A stretch of 64,000 bases of DNA from a virus. Its lineage: Duplodnaviria; Caudoviricetes. The notes beneath the pieces are model-generated. The model did not search any database, was not told the origin of the DNA, and was given only the letters and a program-made list of their open reading frames with translations. How positions within the stretch are numbered: position 1 is the first letter of the stretch; the number at the start of each line of letters is the position of its first letter. Positions 46,741 through 55,596 of this stretch are shown one piece after another. The DNA lies in IMG/VR virus record IMGVR_UViG_3300027782_000030, positions 136,571 through 200,570 of that record; one strand, 5' to 3'. The translations under genes were made by a program, and so were the position numbers.

Positions 46741-47022
46741 ACGAATTTAATCACTTATCACCTATCATTGACTGTGTTGACATGGTAGAATACAAAAATC
46801 CACGAGACCATACAGGAATTACATTTGTCGTTAAAGACAAACATAAAGAAATTATTCAATGGTGTCGTAGAAATTTTGGACAGCGTGGTGACGGCTGGGA
46901 TTTTATGGCTGGAACTCGACATGTTCAAATAACTATTTGGTCTAGTAAACTTATTACAATGTACGAATTATGGATGAATTAATTAAACTTCTATGTAATT
47001 GGTTTATGTTAAGATGGGGATA
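46713..47022 (+). repeat. Identical 27-nt direct repeats (46713-46739 and 46996-47022) flanking one gene
   Basis: TAATTGGTTTATGTTAAGATGGGGATA occurs twice, 283 nt apart. Confidence 0.9.
46731..46982 (+). CDS. Small FxLRW-family-related protein
   Basis: IIQWCRRNFGQRGDGWDF..YELWMN; start uncertain. Confidence 0.65.
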   Translation: MGINEFNHLSPIIDCVDMVEYKNPRDHTGITFVVKDKHKEIIQWCRRNFGQRGDGWDFMAGTRHVQITIWSSKLITMYELWMN

Positions 47023-47259
47023 GAGACTAAATGCAAGCGGAGAACACCAGAAGATTGGCATACCGTGATTACTGGAAAAGCCAATCACTGGCAGGCCATT
47101 GATTGGTGTACTGAACAATTTGGTCGACGCTGGGGTGTTGTAGATAATAGAGATGGCGTATGGTGTTGCTTTTGGGCTGGTCGAGAACAATTTGGTTCTT
47201 ATAGATGGTATTTTGAAAATGAGTGTGATGCTATGTGGTTTACAATGAGGTGGGCGTGA
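47014..47259 (+). CDS. Small FxLRW-family protein
   Basis: IDWCTEQFG..WYFENECDAMWFTMRWA; start uncertain. Confidence 0.7.
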   Translation: MGIETKCKRRTPEDWHTVITGKANHWQAIDWCTEQFGRRWGVVDNRDGVWCCFWAGREQFGSYRWYFENECDAMWFTMRWA

Positions 47260-47277
47260 AAAGGCCATGAAAACAGG

Positions 47278-47306
47278 TTGACATTAAATTGACATGGCTG
47301 TATAAT
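47278..47306 (+). promoter_or_regulatory. Early sigma70 promoter (cassette family)
   Basis: TTGACATTAAAT-17-TATAAT. Confidence 0.85.
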
Positions 47307-47338
47307 GTATACATACATTGACCAATAGGAGTTAATTT

Positions 47339-47545
47339 GTGAACAAACGAATTCTTGAACTTGCCTTAAAGTCTGGTAGCACACACAAACAGAATCTTGG
47401 TGTGTATCAATTCTATGAAGATGAATTGGAAAAGTTTGCTGAATTTATTGTGAATGAATGTCTGCGACAGGCAAAGGAAGTGGTAATTCCTATTACAGCC
47501 GATGCTATTGAAAGCAAGATTAAAGAATATTTTAGAGTTGAATGA
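47339..47545 (+). CDS. MNERI/FAELIV-family small protein, copy 1
   Basis: MNKRILELA..LEKFAEFIVNEC..IKEYFRVE. Confidence 0.75.
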   Translation: MNKRILELALKSGSTHKQNLGVYQFYEDELEKFAEFIVNECLRQAKEVVIPITADAIESKIKEYFRVE

Positions 47546-47907
47546 TGAAAATCAGATACAGTACTAATTGGATGGGACCAGTCAGTATGAATTGGTATGA
47601 ACAACGCGGCCTTGTTGAAACTAAAATAGTCACACTGGAGGAGGACTCTGCTTTCAGTGGCCTTAAGGCTGGCGATCAATATGAATCGCAAGAAATTACC
47701 ACTCATTATAGTTGTGGTAGAATAGATGTGAGAGGAACCGATGATCCTCATGGTGATGAAATAGGTGTGCCGCCAATGCAGAGTGATGATTGGGCTAGAT
47801 TTGGTAATTGGCTTGAAACTTTTGAAACTGATGCGGTTTGGACATTGGATCAACTAGTCGAACTATACGAACGTGTTAACCCTAAGATCAAGTGGGATAA
47901 ACAATGA
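47542..47907 (+). CDS. Hypothetical protein
   Basis: ATGA-coupled on both sides. Confidence 0.7.
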   Translation: MMKIRYSTNWMGPVSMNWYEQRGLVETKIVTLEEDSAFSGLKAGDQYESQEITTHYSCGRIDVRGTDDPHGDEIGVPPMQSDDWARFGNWLETFETDAVWTLDQLVELYERVNPKIKWDKQ

Positions 47908-48080
47908 ACGAACGAATCCGAGAACTTGCTGAACAAGTATATGGTTCATTACACTATGATGATTTGAAGTTTGCCGAGTTGATTATTCAGGAATGTGTCA
48001 ATGTATTTTTAGGTGCCGACACCAAAAACATTCAATTGGCAATGAAAAGAATGAAACAACATTTTGGGATTGAATTATGA
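47904..48080 (+). CDS. MNERI/FAELIV-family small protein, copy 2
   Basis: Read by hand: MNERIRELAEQ..LKFAELIIQEC..KQHFGIEL (58 aa). Confidence 0.75.
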   Translation: MNERIRELAEQVYGSLHYDDLKFAELIIQECVNVFLGADTKNIQLAMKRMKQHFGIEL

Positions 48081-48271
48081 ACGAACGAATTAGAATATTG
48101 GCTGAACAGGCTGAATTTTCCGAAAAAGACTTGCACATTCAAGGTGATAATTTTCAAAGGTTCGCCGAGTTGATTGTGCGGGAATGTGCATTGACTGCTG
48201 GCTTGATGGAGCATGAAGGTAGGTCCAATATTGGCGCACAAATATTAGATAATTTTGGAGTTGAATCGTGA
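48077..48271 (+). CDS. MNERI/FAELIV-family small protein, copy 3
   Basis: MNERIRILAEQA..FAELIVREC..DNFGVES. Confidence 0.75.
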   Translation: MNERIRILAEQAEFSEKDLHIQGDNFQRFAELIVRECALTAGLMEHEGRSNIGAQILDNFGVES

Positions 48272-48612
48272 GCCTTGATGTATCTCTAATGGTAACTAAA
48301 CCTGTAGCAGTCTATGTCAACAACATCACCCATAACTTGGCTAAGATGGCTAGTGAAGTTAAATTGTCAAATGGTTTAACACTGTATGATGTTCTATGGC
48401 GTCCTGATGAACAACACGACCTAGTATTGGCTAAAGATATTGCAGAACTACTAGACGAAGGTTATAAAATTTTGATCAGTGACCCCGACCATTTCAAAAA
48501 ATTCAATCCAGAGAATGGTTGGGGCAATTACGATAATCTTTGTAAGTTTGTTTATGAATACTGGAGTGCTTGCCGAGCCAACTCAGGTGCCGAGGTACAG
48601 GTATGTCGATGA
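48268..48612 (+). CDS. Hypothetical phage protein
   Basis: MSLDVSL..NITHNLAKMA..NPENGWGNY. Confidence 0.75.
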   Translation: MSLDVSLMVTKPVAVYVNNITHNLAKMASEVKLSNGLTLYDVLWRPDEQHDLVLAKDIAELLDEGYKILISDPDHFKKFNPENGWGNYDNLCKFVYEYWSACRANSGAEVQVCR

Positions 48613-48839
48613 ACGAACGAATTAAAGAACTTGCTGAACAGGTTGGCGTAAAATATAGCCTATGGCTTGGTAGTAAACCTGCTGCTTATATGACTTATGG
48701 TGAACTAGAAAAATTCGCCGAGTTGATTGTGAAAGAATGTTTGGACATTGTTAATAGACACGAATACAGTTATCATGAGGCTGACCCACTTTGGGAAACT
48801 GCTCAATTGATTAAACAACATTTTGGAGTTGAAGAATGA
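48609..48839 (+). CDS. MNERI/FAELIV-family small protein, copy 4
   Basis: MNERIKELAEQ..LEKFAELIVKEC..IKQHFGVEE. Confidence 0.75.
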   Translation: MNERIKELAEQVGVKYSLWLGSKPAAYMTYGELEKFAELIVKECLDIVNRHEYSYHEADPLWETAQLIKQHFGVEE

Positions 48840-49144
48840 AAACATTAGCAGAAGCTTGGGAACTTATTGATTATTTAAACGAACAAGCACACTCAGATGC
48901 TTGGGAGAGTTGGGAAGCCGCAGATGAAATGGAAGAATCTGATGATGAGGACAGCGGCGAAACTGCTGAACAACTTAGGGAAGAAGCCAGTAATGAACAA
49001 GCCGGTTACTTCCGTGATAGTTACGAGATGCTAGACGAAGAAGATCAAGCGGCAATTAAACATTGGCTCAAAGAAGATGAATCATTTAAGGATCAATTTG
49101 CTACCTGGTTTGGATACGACTACTTTGAAGATGAATTTGAATGA
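48836..49144 (+). CDS. Very acidic hypothetical protein
   Basis: Asp/Glu-rich 102-aa ORF. Confidence 0.7.
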   Translation: MKTLAEAWELIDYLNEQAHSDAWESWEAADEMEESDDEDSGETAEQLREEASNEQAGYFRDSYEMLDEEDQAAIKHWLKEDESFKDQFATWFGYDYFEDEFE

Positions 49145-49156
49145 TTGTTTGCGTTA

Positions 49157-49423
49157 ATGACAATAATTAAACCTTTTAAGGATTACGACGATGACGATCC
49201 TGAAATAGATCGTAGGAAGAATCGTTGGAATTATTGGAACGCACTTAAAAAAATCAGAGTAGAATATCTTGATGGTAAAACAAATTTTGACGCATATGAA
49301 TTTGAAGAATATATAACAAATGTATATGGTATTAAAATGCACCTAACCGATGGTAAAATTACTGATGGTTACGAGATAGTGGATGAAAAAAAATATGTCA
49401 TATTTTTATTAAAGTTTACTTAG
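49157..49423 (+). CDS. Hypothetical protein (weak FxLK/R family member)
   Basis: Ends EIVDEKKYVIFLLKFT. Confidence 0.65.
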   Translation: MTIIKPFKDYDDDDPEIDRRKNRWNYWNALKKIRVEYLDGKTNFDAYEFEEYITNVYGIKMHLTDGKITDGYEIVDEKKYVIFLLKFT

Positions 49424-49424
49424 T

Positions 49425-50114
49425 ATGAATGAATTAATAGACGGAAGTGGTTATGTATTAACTAAGAATTTTATTCCTGAACAATTAATTGATAATGTAG
49501 TTAATCGTTTAGATGAAATTTCACCAGTCCGTGCCTCTAGTAGCACAATGGAATATGCTGAAAAAGAAGATATAAAAAACTTACCTGATATAGCGGTATG
49601 GTGGTCACAAACTGTTATTAATTGGCCTGAAGTTTTAGAAATAGAAAAATTATTAAATCCATTAATTAAAAAATACTTACCTAATGCTGAATTTTATTCT
49701 AGTGATATTGTAGTAATTGAAAAAGAAAGTACTTGGCTAAACCCACATGTGGACACTCCCCACAGATTTAAAAAATATAATTACGATAAAAGACTACTAG
49801 GTATACAGTGTATTATTTCACTAAGTGATATCAATAAAGATTCTGCTAGCACTGGATTAGTCCCTCAAAGTCAACTAAAGGATTATAATATTAATTTGTG
49901 CTATGAGGGTTTATATAATGATTTCTTTTTAGAACATTGTATTCAACCTGATATGCCCAAAGGATCTGTTCTATTTTATAATTGTAGGGTATTACACAGT
50001 AGTATGCCTAATCCATTGCCCAAATCAAGACCGGCATTATTGCTTCATTACCTAAATAGTGATATAATTGAAGATGTAAAAGATATTGACAATATTTGGA
50101 AAAGCAATAAATGA
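49425..50114 (+). CDS. Phytanoyl-CoA dioxygenase-like 2OG-Fe(II) oxygenase
   Basis: GSGYVL, PHVD, MPKGSVLFYNCRVLHSSMPN..SR. Confidence 0.85.
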   Translation: MNELIDGSGYVLTKNFIPEQLIDNVVNRLDEISPVRASSSTMEYAEKEDIKNLPDIAVWWSQTVINWPEVLEIEKLLNPLIKKYLPNAEFYSSDIVVIEKESTWLNPHVDTPHRFKKYNYDKRLLGIQCIISLSDINKDSASTGLVPQSQLKDYNINLCYEGLYNDFFLEHCIQPDMPKGSVLFYNCRVLHSSMPNPLPKSRPALLLHYLNSDIIEDVKDIDNIWKSNK

Positions 50115-50731
50115 AAATTGAATCGGATGTTGATATTGATTTTGGAGATAGAGAAAAGATTCTTCAACATATCAAATATATTCCAGCCGCAATGCGTAAG
50201 GTTAAGCCACAACGCAAACATGCTACGGGTGTCCATATTACACAAATTCCATATGATCCCGTTAATGATATGGCTGCTATTGATTATTCAGATGCGGAAC
50301 AGCGTGGATACTTTAAGTTAGATTTACTAAATGTCCATGTATATAACCAAGTTAGGGATGAACTACATTTAGTTGAATTAATGCGTGATCCAAATTGGGA
50401 CAACTTAAAAGATAAAGGGTTTGTAGAGAAACTGATACACTTGGGTAATCATTATCAATCACTTCAAAAAATGCCTGAATCGGTTACTAGTATTCCTAGA
50501 TTGGCAATGTTTTTAGCATTGATTCGTCCTGCTAAAAAACATTTAATTGGTAAGACTTGGCGAGAAGTAAGTAAAACAGTATGGGATAAAGGTGATGATG
50601 GTTATCAGTTTAAGAAAGCACATGCCATTGGTTATAGTCAATTAGTGGTAGTACATATGAACTTGTTAGAAGAATCAGGGCATTCTTTTGACAAGAGTGA
50701 TGCTTCTGCGTTTGCTTCTTCTCTTGTGTAA
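50111..50731 (+). CDS. Miniature DNA polymerase III alpha-like (C-family) catalytic module
   Basis: SDVDIDFGDR (DxD), GYFKLDLLN (third Asp) and FKKAHAIGY, all within 206 aa. Confidence 0.8.
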   Translation: MKIESDVDIDFGDREKILQHIKYIPAAMRKVKPQRKHATGVHITQIPYDPVNDMAAIDYSDAEQRGYFKLDLLNVHVYNQVRDELHLVELMRDPNWDNLKDKGFVEKLIHLGNHYQSLQKMPESVTSIPRLAMFLALIRPAKKHLIGKTWREVSKTVWDKGDDGYQFKKAHAIGYSQLVVVHMNLLEESGHSFDKSDASAFASSLV

Positions 50732-51055
50732 TTCATTCATACTACATACAGGGCCATGTAGTATTATTAAACTTTTATTCGTAAAAGTTCTTAGATAAGG
50801 TTTAAAAGGAAGCCAATCTTCCTTTAAGAATAAATTAATGGGAATCAATCTATTTGATTCCCACCACCATATATCACCTAATTCTAGAAAACGAGTTTTA
50901 GAATTACTATCTACGATTGATCCATAATCGTATATAGTAGTAACACTATCATCTTTATTTTGAACTATTCCTACATAGTCCTGATTAGCGTAGGAACATA
51001 CCGTTATAAACGGATGATTGTCACTAAGCTTTTTAAAAAACTCATTTTGGATCAT
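50675..51055 (-). CDS. Hypothetical protein; rare minus-strand gene
   Basis: Fills a gap with no + strand ORF; converges on the mini-Pol III gene. Confidence 0.7.
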   Translation of the reverse strand: MIQNEFFKKLSDNHPFITVCSYANQDYVGIVQNKDDSVTTIYDYGSIVDSNSKTRFLELGDIWWWESNRLIPINLFLKEDWLPFKPYLRTFTNKSLIILHGPVCSMNELHKRRSKRRSITLVKRMP

Positions 51056-51146
51056 TATTAAATTTATAAATACATTCTATTTAATCGGGCAACCAAGAAG
51101 ATAATAATTTAATATTTTGAGACTAAATACATAAAGGAGCTAAACT

Positions 51147-51926
51147 GTGTACTCAACTGCTGTATTTCTTTATACTCAGCGTCAAATTGTTGTACTTTTA
51201 ACCGGCACATCACCGAGGAGATATATGCCTGTATACGCAAAACCATTAACTTTAAATAAGGGTGTGGATAATCAAATACAATTTCAATTCATCAATCAGG
51301 AACAAAAACCAGTAGACATTACTGGTAAAGAAATTTCCTGTAGAATTATTAGTTATGATGGTACTCAAGTATTGCTTAGAAAGGCACTAACATTACAACT
51401 ACCGGCTACAGGCATTGCCGCACTAATATTAAATGCTGCTGAAATAGAAGATATTCCCGCCCAATTAGGACATTATTCGTTAGAAATACCAGTTGGTGCT
51501 TTTAACTTCCCAGTGTTTGTAGACCAAAATGCAGGTGCTCGTGGTGACATGAATATTGTCAACAGCGTGTTGCCATCCTTTGTGCCTAGTTCAAATATCA
51601 CTATTCCTACAGGACAAGCCTTTCCAAATATTGATTCTAACAATAGTATACAAAACGCATTACCAAATGCCAATACTTACTATAGTAGCGTAATCAATAC
51701 AGACTCTAATCCAATATTGACTCTTCAGGCTCATTACTATCAATTCAATGGTGATGTTACCGTTGAAGGTTCTACTATTGTAGATGCTGATTGGTATCCT
51801 ATAACTACTTCAACTTATAGTAATGTAACTGACACTTTTGGGTATACCGTTCGTGGATTCCATCCATATATCCGTATGCAGTTTGTCAGCAACACTGGTG
51901 CGGTAACTAACATATTGGCAAGGTAA
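51147..51926 (+). CDS. Virion structural protein (BppU-like Ig-fold N-terminus)
   Basis: LTLNKGVDNQIQFQFINQEQKPVDITG; CTAAATA at 51123; AAGGAG RBS. Confidence 0.55.
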   Translation: MYSTAVFLYTQRQIVVLLTGTSPRRYMPVYAKPLTLNKGVDNQIQFQFINQEQKPVDITGKEISCRIISYDGTQVLLRKALTLQLPATGIAALILNAAEIEDIPAQLGHYSLEIPVGAFNFPVFVDQNAGARGDMNIVNSVLPSFVPSSNITIPTGQAFPNIDSNNSIQNALPNANTYYSSVINTDSNPILTLQAHYYQFNGDVTVEGSTIVDADWYPITTSTYSNVTDTFGYTVRGFHPYIRMQFVSNTGAVTNILAR

Positions 51927-51934
51927 ACCTGCTC

Positions 51935-51963
51935 TTGTATTTTACTTCATATTATGCTATAAT
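51935..51963 (+). promoter_or_regulatory. Sigma70-type promoter for primase/helicase
   Basis: TTGTAT-17-TATAAT with an extended TG. Confidence 0.65.
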
Positions 51964-51969
51964 CATAAT

Positions 51970-52953
51970 ATGTTTGAAATATTAACTATAGTTCCGGGTA
52001 AGAAAAAACTAACACAAAGTGGTTGGCATGGGTTCAACGCTGTGTGTTGCCATCACCGTGGACATAAAGCAGATAAAAGAGGTCGTGCTGGTTTAAGAAT
52101 CGATGGGCCAAACTGGAGTATCCATTGTTTTAATTGTGGTTTTAAGTGTGGATTCACTCTAGGTAAAAGCATTACCCAAAACACAAGAAATTTCTTACAA
52201 TGGTGTGGGATAGAGGAAACTCAGATTCAGCGTTGGAGTTTAGAAAGTCTACAGAAAAAGGATATCTTAGATTTTATTAAGCCAAAAAATGATGAGATTA
52301 TAACATTTAGTTATAGAGCATTGCCTGATGATTGTGAAAGCCTTAATATTAGTAATCCAAAACACTTCAGATATATAGAATATTTAGAAAAAAGGGGAAT
52401 ACACTATGATAGTTATCCTTTTAAAGTAACTCCTACAGGTACTGGAAGAGTTGATAGTAGAAAAGAACATAGAATAATTATACCATATTTTTACAAATCT
52501 AAGATTGTAGGTAATACTAGTCGCTTTTTAGATAACAAATCGCCTAAATATTTTAATGTACAACAACCTGGATATGTTTTTAATATAGATAAACAAAGTC
52601 CAAGTTGGTCCGTATGTATACTTACGGAAGGTATATTTGATGCGTTATCTATTGATGGTCTTGCTCTTATGCACAATGATATAAGTTCAGACCAAGCCAA
52701 GTTAATAAGTACATTAAACAGGCCTGTTATTCTAGTTCCAGATAGAGATATGACTGGTCTTAAATTGTGTAACCGAGCTTTAGAATTAGGGTATAAAGTC
52801 AGTATTCCAAATTGGGAATCTGATGTAAAAGATGTTAATGATGCTGTAGTAAGATATGGTAAGTTACCTACATTGTTAAGTATTTTACAGTGTGCAACTA
52901 CTAGTAAAGTCAAAATAGAAATTCAAAGGAGAAAACTTGAGCAACGAATATAA
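51970..52953 (+). CDS. DNA primase (T4 gp61-like)
   Basis: Zn-binding CCHH..HCFNCG; TOPRIM LTEGIFDA, VPDRD, KDVND. Confidence 0.9.
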   Translation: MFEILTIVPGKKKLTQSGWHGFNAVCCHHRGHKADKRGRAGLRIDGPNWSIHCFNCGFKCGFTLGKSITQNTRNFLQWCGIEETQIQRWSLESLQKKDILDFIKPKNDEIITFSYRALPDDCESLNISNPKHFRYIEYLEKRGIHYDSYPFKVTPTGTGRVDSRKEHRIIIPYFYKSKIVGNTSRFLDNKSPKYFNVQQPGYVFNIDKQSPSWSVCILTEGIFDALSIDGLALMHNDISSDQAKLISTLNRPVILVPDRDMTGLKLCNRALELGYKVSIPNWESDVKDVNDAVVRYGKLPTLLSILQCATTSKVKIEIQRRKLEQRI

Positions 52954-54340
52954 TAGTGATATGCAATTATTCTTTTTGCGTATGATGGTCACAAACGCAG
53001 AATTATATACAAGGGTCATGAACATCATGAACTCACAAAACTTTGACCGTAAATTAAAACCAGTAGCAGACTTTTTAGTTGAACATAGTAAAAAATATAA
53101 TATAATGCCGGATCCTGCTCAAATTAAAGCAGTGACGGGTATAGATGTAGAGATTCTTACTGAATTAGATGATGGTCATTATAATTGGTTTTTAGATGAA
53201 TTTGAAAAATTCACAAGACGCCAAGAATTAGAAAGAGCAATTTTAAAATCAGCCGATCTATTAGAAAAGGGTGATTATGATCCTGTTGAAAAATTAATTA
53301 AAGATGCTGTACAAATCAGTTTGCAAAAAGACATGGGTACAGATTATTTTGCTGATCCTAGGGCTAGGCTTTCGCAACTTAAAAGCAATAACGGACAAAA
53401 TAGTACAGGATGGCCCTGTATGGATCAGAAACTTTATGGTGGATTCAATCGGGGCGAATTACAAATTTTTGCAGGAGGATCAGGATCAGGTAAAAGTTTG
53501 TTTATGCAAAACTTGTCAGTAAATTGGGTACAAGCAGGATTAAATGGTATTTATGTTACACTAGAACTTAGTGAAGGGCTGTGTAGTATGCGTATTGATA
53601 GTATGATGACTGATACTAGCAGCCGTGATATCTTTAAAGATATTGATAATGTTGAAATGAAAATCAAGATGCTTGCTAAAAAAGCAGGAAAGTTTCAAAT
53701 TAAATATATGCCGGCTCAAAGCACAGTAAATGATTTGCGAGCGTTTTGTAAAGAATTTCAAATAAAAACAGGTACAAAATTAGATTTCTTGTGTGTAGAT
53801 TATTTGGATTTGCTTATGCCTGTTAGCGCAAAAGTAAGTCCTTCAGATTTGTTTGTTAAGGATAAGTATGTCTCAGAAGAATTGCGTAACTTAGCAAAAG
53901 AATTAAATGTATTATTTGTAACAGCAAGTCAATTGAACCGTAGTGCAGTTGAAGAAATTGAATTTGATCATAGTCATATCAGCGGTGGTATTAGTAAAAT
54001 TAATACAGCAGATAATGTGTTTGGTATCTTTACAAGCCGCAGTATGCGTGAGCGTGGGCAATATCAATTACAATTAATGAAAACTAGAAGTAGTAGTGGT
54101 GTGGGTCAAAAGATTGAATTAGAGTTTAACATTGAAACTCTGCGAATTACTGATCCTGATCCTGAGGCTAGTACATATAGGCCTCCTGCCCCTAGTCCTA
54201 ATGATCTTATTAATAAAATTAGAACTCAATCTACAGTAAATGATGTTGTACATGCTACTGTAGAGCCTGAAAGTAAAAGAGTTATTGCTAGTACTGCTGA
54301 ATTTAGGTTGAAGGGCATACTCAACGGGTTAAAGAAATAA
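52937..54340 (+). CDS. Replicative DnaB-like helicase (T4 gp41-like)
   Basis: AGGSGSGKS, VTLELS, VDYLD, TASQLNR, MKTR. Confidence 0.93.
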   Translation: MSNEYNSDMQLFFLRMMVTNAELYTRVMNIMNSQNFDRKLKPVADFLVEHSKKYNIMPDPAQIKAVTGIDVEILTELDDGHYNWFLDEFEKFTRRQELERAILKSADLLEKGDYDPVEKLIKDAVQISLQKDMGTDYFADPRARLSQLKSNNGQNSTGWPCMDQKLYGGFNRGELQIFAGGSGSGKSLFMQNLSVNWVQAGLNGIYVTLELSEGLCSMRIDSMMTDTSSRDIFKDIDNVEMKIKMLAKKAGKFQIKYMPAQSTVNDLRAFCKEFQIKTGTKLDFLCVDYLDLLMPVSAKVSPSDLFVKDKYVSEELRNLAKELNVLFVTASQLNRSAVEEIEFDHSHISGGISKINTADNVFGIFTSRSMRERGQYQLQLMKTRSSSGVGQKIELEFNIETLRITDPDPEASTYRPPAPSPNDLINKIRTQSTVNDVVHATVEPESKRVIASTAEFRLKGILNGLKK

Positions 54341-54377
54341 TTATATAAACAGCATAAATACTATTAGGATATTATAT

Positions 54378-54626
54378 ATGCAAAAGAAAACCCGTAGCCT
54401 TTTAGAAGAGTTAGAATCTATTGGTAGTACCCGTGACATGACACATGTTATAGAAAATAGAGCCCATAATATTATCACTAGTGCAATTAATTTAATTGAA
54501 TTAATTAATAAGCATTATGATAAGGGCACCTCAGAGGTATTAGAGCGTAAACTTCTAAGTGCGATAAAAGGCAAGGATCAAAATAGATTTGCTAAAAGCA
54601 TAAGGAAAAATCATGACACGCCGTAA
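54378..54626 (+). CDS. Hypothetical late protein
   Basis: ATAAATA at 54354; MQKKTRSLLEELE. Confidence 0.7.
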   Translation: MQKKTRSLLEELESIGSTRDMTHVIENRAHNIITSAINLIELINKHYDKGTSEVLERKLLSAIKGKDQNRFAKSIRKNHDTP

Positions 54627-55596
54627 TATTGATAAAAAGGTTCGCAATTTAGAAGAAGCATTAAGTAATTGGATTGGTGATTACGGCGCGGCAGCTGCAA
54701 AACAACTAGGAAATAGGTTAACGGGTAATTCCGAAGGCTCATTGTCTATTCAGGATAAAATGGCTAAAGAAAAGTTTATTCAAAACTTTTTAGGTCGTGC
54801 AAGTGCTACATTGAATTCAGGTATTTCTAGCGGTAGAATCACATCAAACGTAGCACCGCAGACTGCACCACCGGCAGCACAACCTGTAGCACCCGCACAA
54901 CCTGCAGCGCAACCAACAGCACCTGCTACCCCTGCAGCAGCAAGACCTTCTATTGCTCCTAATACTGCTCCGCCAAGTAGACCTACAATTGGTAATACTC
55001 CAATTCATCCTATGCAAGTAAAGTCTATGCAAAACAATGTGGCTAGGGACAAACGGGTGGCTAACATGCCTCCGCCGAACAAAAAGACTTTTGCAGCAGA
55101 TAAGAGAACACCTGCGCAGATTGCACAGATGCGCCGAGCAGGGTTTAGTGAAAATTCTACTTATGATAAATTAAACGCAATTTTTGAAAGCATCATGGGT
55201 GAGGATACTCCAGCTGCTGCGCCAACTGCTCCTGCCGGAGTAGAAACAATATCTCAATTTTTGACAAAATGGGTCAAACAATATATGACTGGTACTAGCT
55301 TTGGTGATGCTAACTCAATTAACCACATTAAAAGTTTGATTCAGAATGTAGAAAATACATATAGTAAAGATAAAGGCAAAGCAGCACTTACTAAATTAGC
55401 AAATGATTTGTATGCTGTATCATACTCACAGGATGCACAGCAACAATCTAATCAACCTGCACAACCCGCACAAAATCAACAACCTGCCAATAATACTGCG
55501 GCACCTGCACCCGCTAGTAATGCACCAAGTGATTCATGGGGGGCACGGGTAACAGAAAGCAAAAAGAAACCGGTAAAATACTGGGGTCAAAAATGA
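54613..55596 (+). CDS. Pro/Ala/Gln-rich late protein, possible internal or ejection protein
   Basis: Low-complexity PAQ tracts with xxE sites (NLEE, FSEN, IFES, VTES). Confidence 0.6.
   Translation: MTRRNIDKKVRNLEEALSNWIGDYGAAAAKQLGNRLTGNSEGSLSIQDKMAKEKFIQNFLGRASATLNSGISSGRITSNVAPQTAPPAAQPVAPAQPAAQPTAPATPAAARPSIAPNTAPPSRPTIGNTPIHPMQVKSMQNNVARDKRVANMPPPNKKTFAADKRTPAQIAQMRRAGFSENSTYDKLNAIFESIMGEDTPAAAPTAPAGVETISQFLTKWVKQYMTGTSFGDANSINHIKSLIQNVENTYSKDKGKAALTKLANDLYAVSYSQDAQQQSNQPAQPAQNQQPANNTAAPAPASNAPSDSWGARVTESKKKPVKYWGQK

Noticed and set aside
47413-47853. 146-aa minus-strand ORF
   Set aside because: It is antisense to ATGA-coupled plus-strand genes of a recognisable paralog cluster.
22176-54340. 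Group I introns or inteins in thyA, terL, uvsX, uvsW, primase or helicase
   Set aside because: All are continuous ORFs of ordinary length with collinear motifs and no intein C-terminal HN-[CST] signature was noticed.
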